From assembly GCA_964458855.1 (NCBI GenBank), contig CAYWJS010000001.1, positions 70,906-134,905 of the forward strand: a DNA stretch of 64,000 bases. The letters are read 5' to 3'. Shown piece after piece: positions 49,755 to 58,272 of the stretch. The position numbers and the translations under genes are program-made. Every line of letters starts with the position of its first letter. Position 1 is the first letter of the stretch. This DNA comes from an uncultured Erysipelotrichia bacterium. Its GTDB lineage: Bacteria; Bacillota_I; Bacilli_A; CAYWJS01. Under the pieces are notes generated by a model. That model saw only the letters and a program-made list of their open reading frames with translations, ran no database searches and was not told where the DNA came from.

Positions 49755-49785
49755 CACAAACATTATTATATGTTTGTGTTCTTTA
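49755..49785 (-). terminator. Hairpin (aacacaaacat-tattat-atgtttgtgtt) after the 691-aa gene
   Basis: An 11-bp inverted repeat plus T-rich flank. Confidence 0.55.
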
Positions 49786-49788
49786 ATT

Positions 49789-51864
49789 TTATTTTGTTAA
49801 TGTTAATTCATGTGCTTTTTCTTCTATATATTCTTTACTTTTTTCAATTCGTGGTTTATACCCCAAAATATTCATTGCATAATCAAATTGTTCTTCTGTC
49901 ATTTTATCTGGGTTAATACCCATATTTTTTAAGTGGTTCTTACATTCTTCTTGAGCAGTCCTTTCATAATTAGATAAATTAGCTTGCAATTGTTTTGTTT
50001 CTTCTTGGGTTAATTCTGACTCAAGTTTTTCTTGTGTTAAACCTAAAACTTTTTCCATTCCAGCAGGCATACTTAAATTTTCATCTCTTGACGGACCTGA
50101 TATTTTTTTCTTTTTGTCTTTATTTTTAATAGTAATATAGTTTGTCACTTCTAATCCGTCAGCTTCTTTATCTATTACATATACTGCATGCCCTTGTCTA
50201 GCATTAACATATCCATTATCCGCGTGCCAAGCATCAATTCCAGTAGGTGAAGCTGTTCTAATAACTGTTACGTTGTTCTCTTTTGTCACAGAATCATTAT
50301 GAAGATGTCCTGCAAAAATATAGATATGTTTTGCTTTTCTTGATTCTTCTGGGAAAAATCTATATACAGTTTCACGAAGTTTCTTATCATTTAGTGCCCT
50401 ACCATTAGGAGCTTTCCCATGAACTTGAACTATAAGATTTTCACCATGCATATAACCTGCCCATTTTCTTGCATCTTTATATGTTAATTGAACCTTTACC
50501 TTTGGGTCATTTGTTAAATGATAAAAATCATGAATGTTAACAAACAAACTATAACTTGTTTTTTCATCGTGGTTTCCTGGAACATATTGAACAATAACTT
50601 CATTAAAGTATTTTTTTAATACTTCAATTGTAGCAATTTGTGCTATCTTAGCCCAAACATAAGTCTCTTGCCAACGAGTGTCATTGTTTTGTGGCGTTCC
50701 TGCTGTTGTTGTATCATCTACTGTATCTGCATTAAAATAGTCATTTCCAATTCCTATTATCAGTTTTGCTGCTTTTTCTTTTTGTTGACGCGCAATAACT
50801 TGTCTTACAATTTCACGATGACGCCATAAAGCCATTGTTGTTGAGTAATCTTCTATATCTACAAGAGATGCCAATTTTCCAAGGTGCAATTCAATGGCCG
50901 GCATTACCAATATTTTATCGTCGTTTAATCCATGTGGTTCATATTCTGGTTTAACATCTAGAAAATTAAATAATTTATATAGTTCTTTTTTGTTTTCTAC
51001 AAGAAATTTTTTAAATGTTTCAAAAAAACGCTCTGGTGTTATAAATGGTATAGGTTGTTTTCTTGATTTTATTATTACACTACACTTTAAATTTATAACT
51101 TGTTTTAAACTATCTGTTTGATCTGCTTCTTGTGTTTTGACTGCTACATTCCAACCACCAAATTCGAATTTACTTAATTCAAAATAACATGGATCAAATC
51201 CTAAGTATTCTAATAGAAATAGAGGGTTAGCTAATTTTCTTCTTATTTTTAAAGCTTGAGTTGTATCATCATCTTTCTTTAAATCTATTCCAAAAATAGG
51301 TTCTAAATCTTCAGGCGGAATACTAAAGTTTTCCATTAAAAACCCTTTTGTATCACTATAAACTACCTTAAAACCTTTATCAGTTTCTACAACTTTTTCG
51401 TTAGAAGACCCTAACTTATCAAAATAATATTTATCATATTTAGAGTAATAACTTAAAAAGCGTGAAGTATTTATTTCAGATGCAACTATTCTTCGAGTTC
51501 TATCAGCTAGTGTTGATGGTGGTAAATCAATACCCGTTTCGTCAAAATAAATTTGTGATGCTTGTCGCCAAGTAAGAACTTTTTCTTGTTGCTTTGTAAG
51601 TAAGAAAAATAATAATTCTTTATTATCTTTCTTTAATTCTTCTTTGCCATTAAAATATATTTTTTCGATATGTCTTTTTAAACTTTTTACTTTGTCCTGA
51701 TTAACCTTTTTAGCTTTTTTATAATTTTTTCTTAATGTTTCGTACGTAACCTTAATTCCTTCTTCTGACTCATATATTTCTGTAATTTTTTCTCCTGTAA
51801 GATTTTTAGTTTTTTTCAAATCCATCAGTGCTGCAAGCAATTCATAATTATACTTATTATTCAT
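49789..51864 (-). CDS. Large multidomain protein (691 aa) with a central calcineurin-like/Mre11-SbcD-like metallophosphoesterase core; function unknown
   Basis: Ordered phosphoesterase motifs are present: LVMPAIELHLGK (motif I-like, with E in place of D), IGIGNDYFNADTVDD (motif II-like), VPGNHDE (motif III) and IFAGHLHND (motif V). About 330 aa of unrecognised N-terminal sequence and about 100 aa of K/E-rich C-terminal sequence flank the core. The upstream RBS is GGGGGGAGAGG. Confidence 0.5.
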   Translation of the reverse strand: MNNKYNYELLAALMDLKKTKNLTGEKITEIYESEEGIKVTYETLRKNYKKAKKVNQDKVKSLKRHIEKIYFNGKEELKKDNKELLFFLLTKQQEKVLTWRQASQIYFDETGIDLPPSTLADRTRRIVASEINTSRFLSYYSKYDKYYFDKLGSSNEKVVETDKGFKVVYSDTKGFLMENFSIPPEDLEPIFGIDLKKDDDTTQALKIRRKLANPLFLLEYLGFDPCYFELSKFEFGGWNVAVKTQEADQTDSLKQVINLKCSVIIKSRKQPIPFITPERFFETFKKFLVENKKELYKLFNFLDVKPEYEPHGLNDDKILVMPAIELHLGKLASLVDIEDYSTTMALWRHREIVRQVIARQQKEKAAKLIIGIGNDYFNADTVDDTTTAGTPQNNDTRWQETYVWAKIAQIATIEVLKKYFNEVIVQYVPGNHDEKTSYSLFVNIHDFYHLTNDPKVKVQLTYKDARKWAGYMHGENLIVQVHGKAPNGRALNDKKLRETVYRFFPEESRKAKHIYIFAGHLHNDSVTKENNVTVIRTASPTGIDAWHADNGYVNARQGHAVYVIDKEADGLEVTNYITIKNKDKKKKISGPSRDENLSMPAGMEKVLGLTQEKLESELTQEETKQLQANLSNYERTAQEECKNHLKNMGINPDKMTEEQFDYAMNILGYKPRIEKSKEYIEEKAHELTLTK

Positions 51865-52023
51865 TACCTCTCCCCCTATTATTTAATCAAAAAAAATAGA
51901 GTCACAAAAACTCCAATTTAACTTAACAATCTCCCTCTAAACACATTTAGCATAACCATCCCCCCCTATATACAATTATTATACAGTTAATAATTACCAA
52001 AAGCAATGAAAAAAATACTTATT

Positions 52024-52818
52024 TTACCCTAATGCGACATCAAGTATCATCATTAGTGTAAAACCGAGTAATGTCATTAGAGTCGAAAACTTAGCAGACC
52101 GATGTGATTGTGATTCAGGGATTAATTCTTCAACAACTACATAAATCATTGCTCCTGCTGCGAATGCTAAACAAAAAGGGAGAATATTTCTAATGTAAAG
52201 TACAAGAGCTGCTCCCAAAACACCAGCAATAGGCTCTACTATTCCACTTGCTTGCCCATAAAAAAATGCTTTTTTTCTCGACATGCCCTCCCTTCTTAAA
52301 GGAATACTTACAGCTGCTCCTTCTGGAAAGTTTTGGAGTCCAATTCCAATTGCTAAAATAATAGCTGCTGTAAGTGATGATCCTGGAATGCTAAGTGCTG
52401 CCGCTCCAAAAGCAACACCTATTGCTAATCCTTCCGGAATATTATGTAAAGTTATTGCAATTACTAACAACAAAGATCTTTTGTTTTTAATTATAGATTC
52501 CCTATCCTCAATTTCTGGGTGTGGTAGAAAGAAATCTGTTAAAAAAAGAAACAAGCCACCCGTTAAAAACCCTAAGGCTGCAATTAACCAAGAATTAGTA
52601 TTCAACTCTTCAGCAAGTTGGATAGCAGGATTTAAAAGCGACCAAAAACTGGCTGCAATCATAATTCCACCTGCAAAACCAAGCATTGCATTAAGTACTT
52701 TTTTATTAAAAGTTTTAAAGAAAAATACAAGCGCTGCTCCTAAGGCAGTAACAAACCAGGTAAAAAGCGTTCCTATTAATCCTTGTATTAGTGGCGAAAG
52801 ATTAATAAATTCTTGCAT
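52024..52818 (-). CDS. zupT: ZIP family metal (zinc) transporter, ZupT-like
   Basis: It has eight TM helices. The signature HNIPEGLAIG and a second HNxPEG-like block NFPEGAAVS are present. Confidence 0.8.
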   Translation of the reverse strand: MQEFINLSPLIQGLIGTLFTWFVTALGAALVFFFKTFNKKVLNAMLGFAGGIMIAASFWSLLNPAIQLAEELNTNSWLIAALGFLTGGLFLFLTDFFLPHPEIEDRESIIKNKRSLLLVIAITLHNIPEGLAIGVAFGAAALSIPGSSLTAAIILAIGIGLQNFPEGAAVSIPLRREGMSRKKAFFYGQASGIVEPIAGVLGAALVLYIRNILPFCLAFAAGAMIYVVVEELIPESQSHRSAKFSTLMTLLGFTLMMILDVALG

Positions 52819-52874
52819 TCATATCGACCCTTTCCAATGTATTCTATTCAAAAAGAAAAAAAGGGTCAAAAAAA

Positions 52875-52901
52875 TAACTTGAATAAATCAAGTTATTTTC
52901 C
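52875..52901 (-). terminator. Hairpin (aaataacttga-ataaa-tcaagttattt) at the mnmE stop
   Basis: An 11-bp inverted repeat plus T-run. Confidence 0.55.
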
Positions 52902-54248
52902 AAGGCAAAATCTACTAAATAATTCATTTATTAATTCTTCATGAACCTCTTCGCCAAGTATTTCACCAAGTAAATGCCATGCATTTTTTAAATCTATTTC
53001 TACCATATCAATTGGCTCTTCCCGCTCCATTGCAAGGAGAGCTTCTTTTAAAGAGTCTTCTGCTTGCTTTAAAAGAGAGATATGTCTTGCATTTGAAATA
53101 TATGTTAAATTTTTTGCTTGAATCTTTCCAAGATTAAATATATTTTTTATTTCCTTTTCTAAAATTTCTATTCCCTCGTTCTTTAAAGCACTCAGTTCAA
53201 CAATTCTTCTGTTTTTTAATTTGCTTCGATCAATTTTTCCTTCTAAATCTATTTTATTTATAACTACTATATTATTTTTATCTTTTGTTTTTTCTAAAAT
53301 ATCTAAATCTATCTTAGTTAACTTTTCACTATTATCTAAAACAATTAAAACTAAATCGGCTTCATCTAATAATTTTAAACTTTTTTCTACACCAATTTTT
53401 TCAACTGTATCTTTAGTTTCTCTAATTCCTGCTGTATCAATAATATTTAGAGTAATTCCTCCTAAATTTATTAGTCCTTCGACAGTATCTCGTGTTGTTC
53501 CCGCAATGTTTGTAACAATTGCTTTTTCTTCGTCAAGTAAACGATTTAACAAACTACTTTTTCCTACATTAGGACGACCAATAATGACAGTTTTTATTCC
53601 TTCCTTGATAATTTTCCCATCTAGCGCTTTTATTAATATTTCCTTAATTTCTTTTATTAATTTTTTTGTTTTAGGCATTAAAATCTTATTAGTCATCTCA
53701 ATTACATCATCATATTCTGGATAATCAATATTTACTTCAATATGGGCGATAATGTCTAAAATTTTATTCCGTAACTCTTTTATTTTATTTGAAACTTTTC
53801 CTGCTAGTTGATTTACTGCAAGAGAGCGAGCAATATCAGTTTTGGCTACAATTAAATCACATATTGCTTCTGCTTGTGAAAGATCTATTCTTCCATTTAA
53901 AAATGCTCTTTTTGTAAATTCACCTGGTTCGGCTAGACGCGCACCAGAAGTTAAAAGAAGTTCTAAAATTTTATTTATTGTTGCAATTCCACCATGACAA
54001 TTAATTTCTATAACGTCTTCACGGGTAAAAGTTTTTGGAGCTCGCATAACTGTAACCATAACTTCATCAATTATTTCTTCGCCATCAACAATGTGGCCAT
54101 AATGAATAGTATGGCTTGGAACTTCAAAAAGATTTTTCCCTTTGTAAACTTTCATTGCAATGGAAATTGCATCTTCCCCACTTAGACGAACAATGGAGAT
54201 TGCACCTTCTCCTAATGCTGTAGAAATTGCTGCAATTGTATCATCCAT
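52893..54248 (-). CDS. mnmE: tRNA modification GTPase MnmE (TrmE)
   Basis: G1 GRPNVGKSS, G3 DTAG and the C-terminal CxGK tail (FCLGK) are present. Confidence 0.95.
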   Translation of the reverse strand: MDDTIAAISTALGEGAISIVRLSGEDAISIAMKVYKGKNLFEVPSHTIHYGHIVDGEEIIDEVMVTVMRAPKTFTREDVIEINCHGGIATINKILELLLTSGARLAEPGEFTKRAFLNGRIDLSQAEAICDLIVAKTDIARSLAVNQLAGKVSNKIKELRNKILDIIAHIEVNIDYPEYDDVIEMTNKILMPKTKKLIKEIKEILIKALDGKIIKEGIKTVIIGRPNVGKSSLLNRLLDEEKAIVTNIAGTTRDTVEGLINLGGITLNIIDTAGIRETKDTVEKIGVEKSLKLLDEADLVLIVLDNSEKLTKIDLDILEKTKDKNNIVVINKIDLEGKIDRSKLKNRRIVELSALKNEGIEILEKEIKNIFNLGKIQAKNLTYISNARHISLLKQAEDSLKEALLAMEREEPIDMVEIDLKNAWHLLGEILGEEVHEELINELFSRFCLGK

Positions 54249-54283
54249 AATATCACCTATCTTTATTATACAATTATAAACAA

Positions 54284-54304
54284 AAAAAGGGTATCTACCC
54301 TTTT
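54284..54304 (-). terminator. Hairpin (aaaagggta-tct-acccttttt) at the jag stop
   Basis: An inverted repeat plus a T-run. Confidence 0.45.
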
Positions 54305-54926
54305 ATTTTTTTAGTTTTATTACAACATAGCGATTTGGTTCTTCGCCTTCGCTTTCTGTTTTAACATAATTATCGTTTGCTAAGCTTGTGTGAATAATTC
54401 TTCTTTCATATGAATTCATTGGATCTAATTTAACTGGAACTTTTGTTTTTACAACACTTCTTGCAAGCTTGCGTGCTAAATTTTGTAATTTTTCAACAGT
54501 CTTTTTTCGGTACTCATTTACATCAATAACAATTGGTATATTAATTCGATAATTATTAGCAAGATATTTCGTTATAAATGTTTGAAGCGCTTTGACATTT
54601 TTTCCGTTTTTTCCAATTAGTAAACCATTATTTTCTGAATTAATATTAAATATAAGCTTATTGTGTTTAGTAAGAACTTCTATTTGTGCATCAAATCCCA
54701 TATTCTTTAAAAGTTCAGTTAAATATTCTTTAACATGGTTCTTAATATCTTCTATTAAATATATTTCTGCTTTAATTTTTTTCTTTTTTAAAAATAAAAC
54801 TCCTGATGATTCATCTTCTATAATATGGTAATAAAAATCTTTTTCTGTAATATTTAAATCCTCTTTTATATTAGAAATTATTGTTTCAAGATCTTTTCCT
54901 TCATAAACTTTTTTATTCACGATCAA
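54303..54926 (-). CDS. jag: RNA-binding protein Jag/KhpB (Jag_N, KH and R3H domains)
   Basis: 207 aa. The R3H/KH region (LIGKNGKNVKALQ..., SYERRIIHTSL) is present, and the gene holds the conserved position after yidC. Confidence 0.8.
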   Translation of the reverse strand: MIVNKKVYEGKDLETIISNIKEDLNITEKDFYYHIIEDESSGVLFLKKKKIKAEIYLIEDIKNHVKEYLTELLKNMGFDAQIEVLTKHNKLIFNINSENNGLLIGKNGKNVKALQTFITKYLANNYRINIPIVIDVNEYRKKTVEKLQNLARKLARSVVKTKVPVKLDPMNSYERRIIHTSLANDNYVKTESEGEEPNRYVVIKLKK

Positions 54927-55854
54927 TCACCAACTTTTTAACTATTTTTTGTTGGACAACATTAAATAAATTTGAAGTTACCCAGTAAAGGGAAAGAGCA
55001 ACCGAAAAACGATAAGATGCTAAAACTATTAAAACTAAAAATATATTCATTGTCATGTCCATTTGTTTTTGTTGCGCTTTTATAACAGGATCTGTTGTTG
55101 GCGCTTTTGTTTGTGTATTTTTAAATGAAAAGAAAGTAGTTAAAGCAACAATTACTGTAATAATTAAATATAAATATGATCCTTGACTTACTGCTCTTGC
55201 TGGTGTAATTCCTAGTTCCAACCTCCATAAATTTCCTTCAAATAATCGAGGGTTTCTTGCGATTGCTTCGTAAAATGCAAAAAGTAATGGAATTTGTAAA
55301 ATTGGAATTAAACACCCCGCCGCAAGTTTAATATCATTTTTTTTATATAACAAAGCAATCTCTTGTTGTTTTTTCATAAGTGATTCTTTATCTGTCTTTC
55401 CAAGATATTTTTCTTCTATTTTCATCTGTTGAGGTCTTACTTTTTTTAATTTTTCAGTGCTTTTGGTTGATTTTAAAGTAAATGGCAACAAAAACAACTT
55501 TATTAAAATTGATGCTATAATTAAGCCAATACCAGCATTATTAACTAAAGCACCAACCTTTATTATTAAATACGAAAGAGGTACAACAAAAATTCCGTCC
55601 CAAATTCCTTGCTTTACTCCAGAAGTTAATTTAAGTTCTTCACACTTTGGAAGTTTGTTGATATCAACATTATTTTCTTCATACAACTTTCTTATTTCTT
55701 CGTTTTCTGGTTGACAAAGAATATTTCTGGTTAATTGTTGTCCTGTTTTTTCATAAACAACTGGTTTTTTATTTTCATTTTTTAACGGATCTACACATCC
55801 CGTTGTAAGTAATACAGCCAGTAATAGTATTAGTACTATTTTTTTTCTTTTCAT
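54913..55854 (-). CDS. yidC: Membrane protein insertase YidC/SpoIIIJ (lipoprotein type)
   Basis: The signal plus lipobox LLTTGC is followed by the YidC/Oxa1 60-kDa core (PFTLKSTKSTEKLKKVRPQQMKIEEKY, QIPLLFAFY). Confidence 0.85.
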   Translation of the reverse strand: MKRKKIVLILLLAVLLTTGCVDPLKNENKKPVVYEKTGQQLTRNILCQPENEEIRKLYEENNVDINKLPKCEELKLTSGVKQGIWDGIFVVPLSYLIIKVGALVNNAGIGLIIASILIKLFLLPFTLKSTKSTEKLKKVRPQQMKIEEKYLGKTDKESLMKKQQEIALLYKKNDIKLAAGCLIPILQIPLLFAFYEAIARNPRLFEGNLWRLELGITPARAVSQGSYLYLIITVIVALTTFFSFKNTQTKAPTTDPVIKAQQKQMDMTMNIFLVLIVLASYRFSVALSLYWVTSNLFNVVQQKIVKKLVIDRE

Positions 55855-56198
55855 TTTGTTCCTTCTTTCTCCTTAGTTAATAAATTTAACAATGAATCTT
55901 GTTTTTCTTTAAAACCTATATTTCTACACGCGTTCTTAACTATTATAATATAATCCTTATTATTTATAAAGTTTTTTTGGTTTTGAGATATTATTGCTCT
56001 AAGTTGTCTTTTTGTTTTATTTCGAAGAACTGCTTTTCCTATCTTTTTACTTACAGCAATACCAAAACGTGAATAAAGTAAATTATTATCCTTATTATAT
56101 ATAACATAATGTTCATTATGAATTTTATTTCCAGTATTAATTATATCTTGAAATTCACGTTTATCCTTTATCCGATATTTTTTTTTCATAACTATCAC
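55851..56198 (-). CDS. rnpA: Ribonuclease P protein component
   Basis: 115 aa and basic. The RNR-like motif region (GIAVSKKIGKAVLRNKTKRQLR) is present, and the gene sits directly downstream of rpmH. Confidence 0.85.
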   Translation of the reverse strand: MIVMKKKYRIKDKREFQDIINTGNKIHNEHYVIYNKDNNLLYSRFGIAVSKKIGKAVLRNKTKRQLRAIISQNQKNFINNKDYIIIVKNACRNIGFKEKQDSLLNLLTKEKEGTK

Positions 56199-56235
56199 TC
56201 GCTTTTATATAGAAAAAACCACTATATAGTGGTTA

Positions 56236-56370
56236 CTAAGCTGATAGGCGTTTTCTTCCTTTTGCTCTCCTATTTTTTAATACCTTTCTACCACCAGGAG
56301 TGCTCATGCGTTTTAAAAACCCATGCTCTTTTTTTCTCTTTCCTTTTTTAGGTTGATATGTTCTTTTCAT
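56236..56370 (-). CDS. rpmH: 50S ribosomal protein L34
   Basis: Manual translation gives [44 protein letters not shown] (44 aa), the canonical L34. It is not in the ORF track because it falls below the length cutoff. Confidence 0.8.
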   Translation of the reverse strand: MKRTYQPKKGKRKKEHGFLKRMSTPGGRKVLKNRRAKGRKRLSA

Positions 56371-56483
56371 AAAAAAACCTCCTAAGTATCATCGCGTTTT
56401 TATTATATAGATTATAACATTTAAAGTCAATATTTCGAATACAAGTAATTTTTTTCTTTTTGTTAATAAGGTTTTTAACAAGT

Positions 56484-56681
56484 TGTGGATAAGTTCTAAA
56501 AACCTCTTTGTAAAACCAAAAGTTATCCACAGAATTGTTGTTATATTTTGTTTTGTTGTGGATAACTTATTAATTTTTGTGGATTTGTGAAACAAAAATT
56601 GTGGATAAATGTGTTTTTTTTAGTGTTTATTATATTTTTTTTTGTGGATAAGTCTGTTAATAAATATCTTTTTGTGGATAA
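56484..56681. promoter_or_regulatory. oriC DnaA-box cluster upstream of dnaA: six perfect TTATCCACA/TGTGGATAA boxes plus one imperfect box
   Basis: Perfect 9-mers lie at about 56484-56492, 56523-56531, 56557-56565, 56600-56608, 56643-56651 and 56673-56681. TGTGGATTT lies at about 56578-56586. The location is the rpmH-dnaA intergenic region. Confidence 0.85.
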
Positions 56682-56761
56682 CTTTGTTTTTTTTCTTTTC
56701 CTTTTGATATTTCTTTGTTAAAATTACTTTAGATATTAATAAGTGATGGTGAGGTCATATT

Positions 56762-58132
56762 ATGAATTATAGCGAGCTTTGGAATAATTTTTTGGAAAAA
56801 ATTAAAACTTCTGTAAGTTCACTAACATTTAATACTTGGTTCCAAGATACCGAATTACTTAAAATGGAAGATGGTAATATTTATATTTCAGTACCCTCAG
56901 AAATCCATAAGAAACATTTAGTCCAAAAATATTCTGATCTAATAAAAGAGGTTTTAAATAATGTGACTGGAACAAATTTTGAAACAGTTTATGTTGTAAA
57001 AGGGGAACCAAATGAAATAATTGCAAATTACAACAAACAAGAAGAGGTAGGAGTTCCTATTAAAGCTCCTAAAACAGCAAACTTAAATCCAAATTATACT
57101 TTTGAAAGTTTTATTGTGGGAGATAGTAACAGATTTGCACACGCTGCTGCGGTTGCGGTTGCTGAAAATCCTGGCCTTTCTTATAATCCTTTATTTATAT
57201 ACGGAAAATCAGGAGTTGGGAAAACTCACTTAATGCATGCAATTGGAAATTATATCTTAAATACTAAACCAGATAAAAATGTTTTATATGTAACAAGTGA
57301 AAATTTTATTAATGACTTTGTTGAAATAAATAAAAGGGAGCACAACAAAAATAACTTTGAATCAATCAATGAATTTAAAGATAAATATCGAAATGTTGAT
57401 GTATTAATTATTGATGATATTCAGTTTTTAGCGGGTGCCGAAAAAACACAAGATGAATTTTTTCATACATTTAATACACTTTACGATTTAAATAAACAAA
57501 TCATTATTTCTTCAGATCGTTCTCCTGATGATTTAAAACTTTTAGAAGAAAGGCTTCGAACAAGATTTAATTGGGGACTTACTGTTGATATTCAACCTCC
57601 TGATTATGAACTTAGAGTTGAAATCTTAAAGAAGAAAATTCAGGCACAAGGGGTAGCAGATAGCATTTCGCAAGAAGTTGTTGACTTTATTGCAAATAAC
57701 TGTGATTCTGATGTAAGACAACTTGAAGGGGCAATTACAAGGCTTTATGCTTATGCAGCTATTATGAATAAACCTGATATAAATTTAGAGCTTGCTATTG
57801 AGGCTTTAAAAGATTATATTTCAAATTCTTCTCTTGATAAAGATGGGGTTAGAAAAATCCAACGAATAATAGCAGATTATTACAATATTACGGTAGAAGA
57901 TTTAAAATCAAAAAGAAGAATAAACTCTATTGCTTATCCACGACAAATTGCAATGTATTTATCTCGCAAATTAACAGATGCTTCTTTTCCAAAAATTGGA
58001 TCAGAATTTGGAGGAAGAGATCATTCGACAGTTGTACATGCTTGTGATAAAATAAATAGTGAGTTAAAAACAAATTTGCAACTTCAAAGTGTAATTGAAG
58101 AACTCACAAAAAGAGTTAAAGGTGAACGATAA
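56762..58132 (+). CDS. dnaA: Chromosomal replication initiator protein DnaA
   Basis: The AAA+ Walker A motif GKSGVGKTHL, the sensor motifs and the C-terminal DNA-binding domain (IAYPRQIAMYLSRKLT) are present. Confidence 0.97.
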   Translation: MNYSELWNNFLEKIKTSVSSLTFNTWFQDTELLKMEDGNIYISVPSEIHKKHLVQKYSDLIKEVLNNVTGTNFETVYVVKGEPNEIIANYNKQEEVGVPIKAPKTANLNPNYTFESFIVGDSNRFAHAAAVAVAENPGLSYNPLFIYGKSGVGKTHLMHAIGNYILNTKPDKNVLYVTSENFINDFVEINKREHNKNNFESINEFKDKYRNVDVLIIDDIQFLAGAEKTQDEFFHTFNTLYDLNKQIIISSDRSPDDLKLLEERLRTRFNWGLTVDIQPPDYELRVEILKKKIQAQGVADSISQEVVDFIANNCDSDVRQLEGAITRLYAYAAIMNKPDINLELAIEALKDYISNSSLDKDGVRKIQRIIADYYNITVEDLKSKRRINSIAYPRQIAMYLSRKLTDASFPKIGSEFGGRDHSTVVHACDKINSELKTNLQLQSVIEELTKRVKGER

Positions 58133-58272
58133 TTGTTGATAACTTAAATTTTATCCCCAATAAAAATTGTTGGTTTTCCTGATTTTTAGTGGAAAAATTA
58201 CACTTATCAACATTATCAACACTAATAATAAAAATAACATTAAAAATATAAAAAAAATAAAGGAGTGTTAAA
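58133..58272. promoter_or_regulatory. Second oriC segment between dnaA and dnaN: degenerate DnaA boxes plus an AT-rich candidate DNA-unwinding element
   Basis: TTATCAACA-type boxes (ttgttgataac, ttatcccca, ttatcaacattatcaacac) precede a run aataataaaaataacattaaaaatataaaaaaaataaa immediately before the dnaN RBS. Confidence 0.55.

Noticed and set aside
49789-51864. Calling the 691-aa protein sbcD/mre11 outright
   Set aside because: Only the phosphoesterase motif order matches. Motifs I and II are non-canonical, no sbcC/rad50 partner lies adjacent, and the gene has roughly 330 additional N-terminal residues. A generic metallophosphoesterase call is all the sequence supports.
52283-52882. A 199-aa ORF on the + strand antisense to the ZIP transporter gene
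   Set aside because: It lies entirely within the ZIP gene, which has clear HNxPEG motifs. The antisense frame is open only because the ZIP gene is rich in GCx/GGx codons. The translated sequence is low-complexity (A/P/K-rich) and has no start context.
53221-53724. A 167-aa ORF on the + strand antisense to mnmE
   Set aside because: It sits inside a well-supported mnmE gene, the translation is low-complexity, and no RBS is present.
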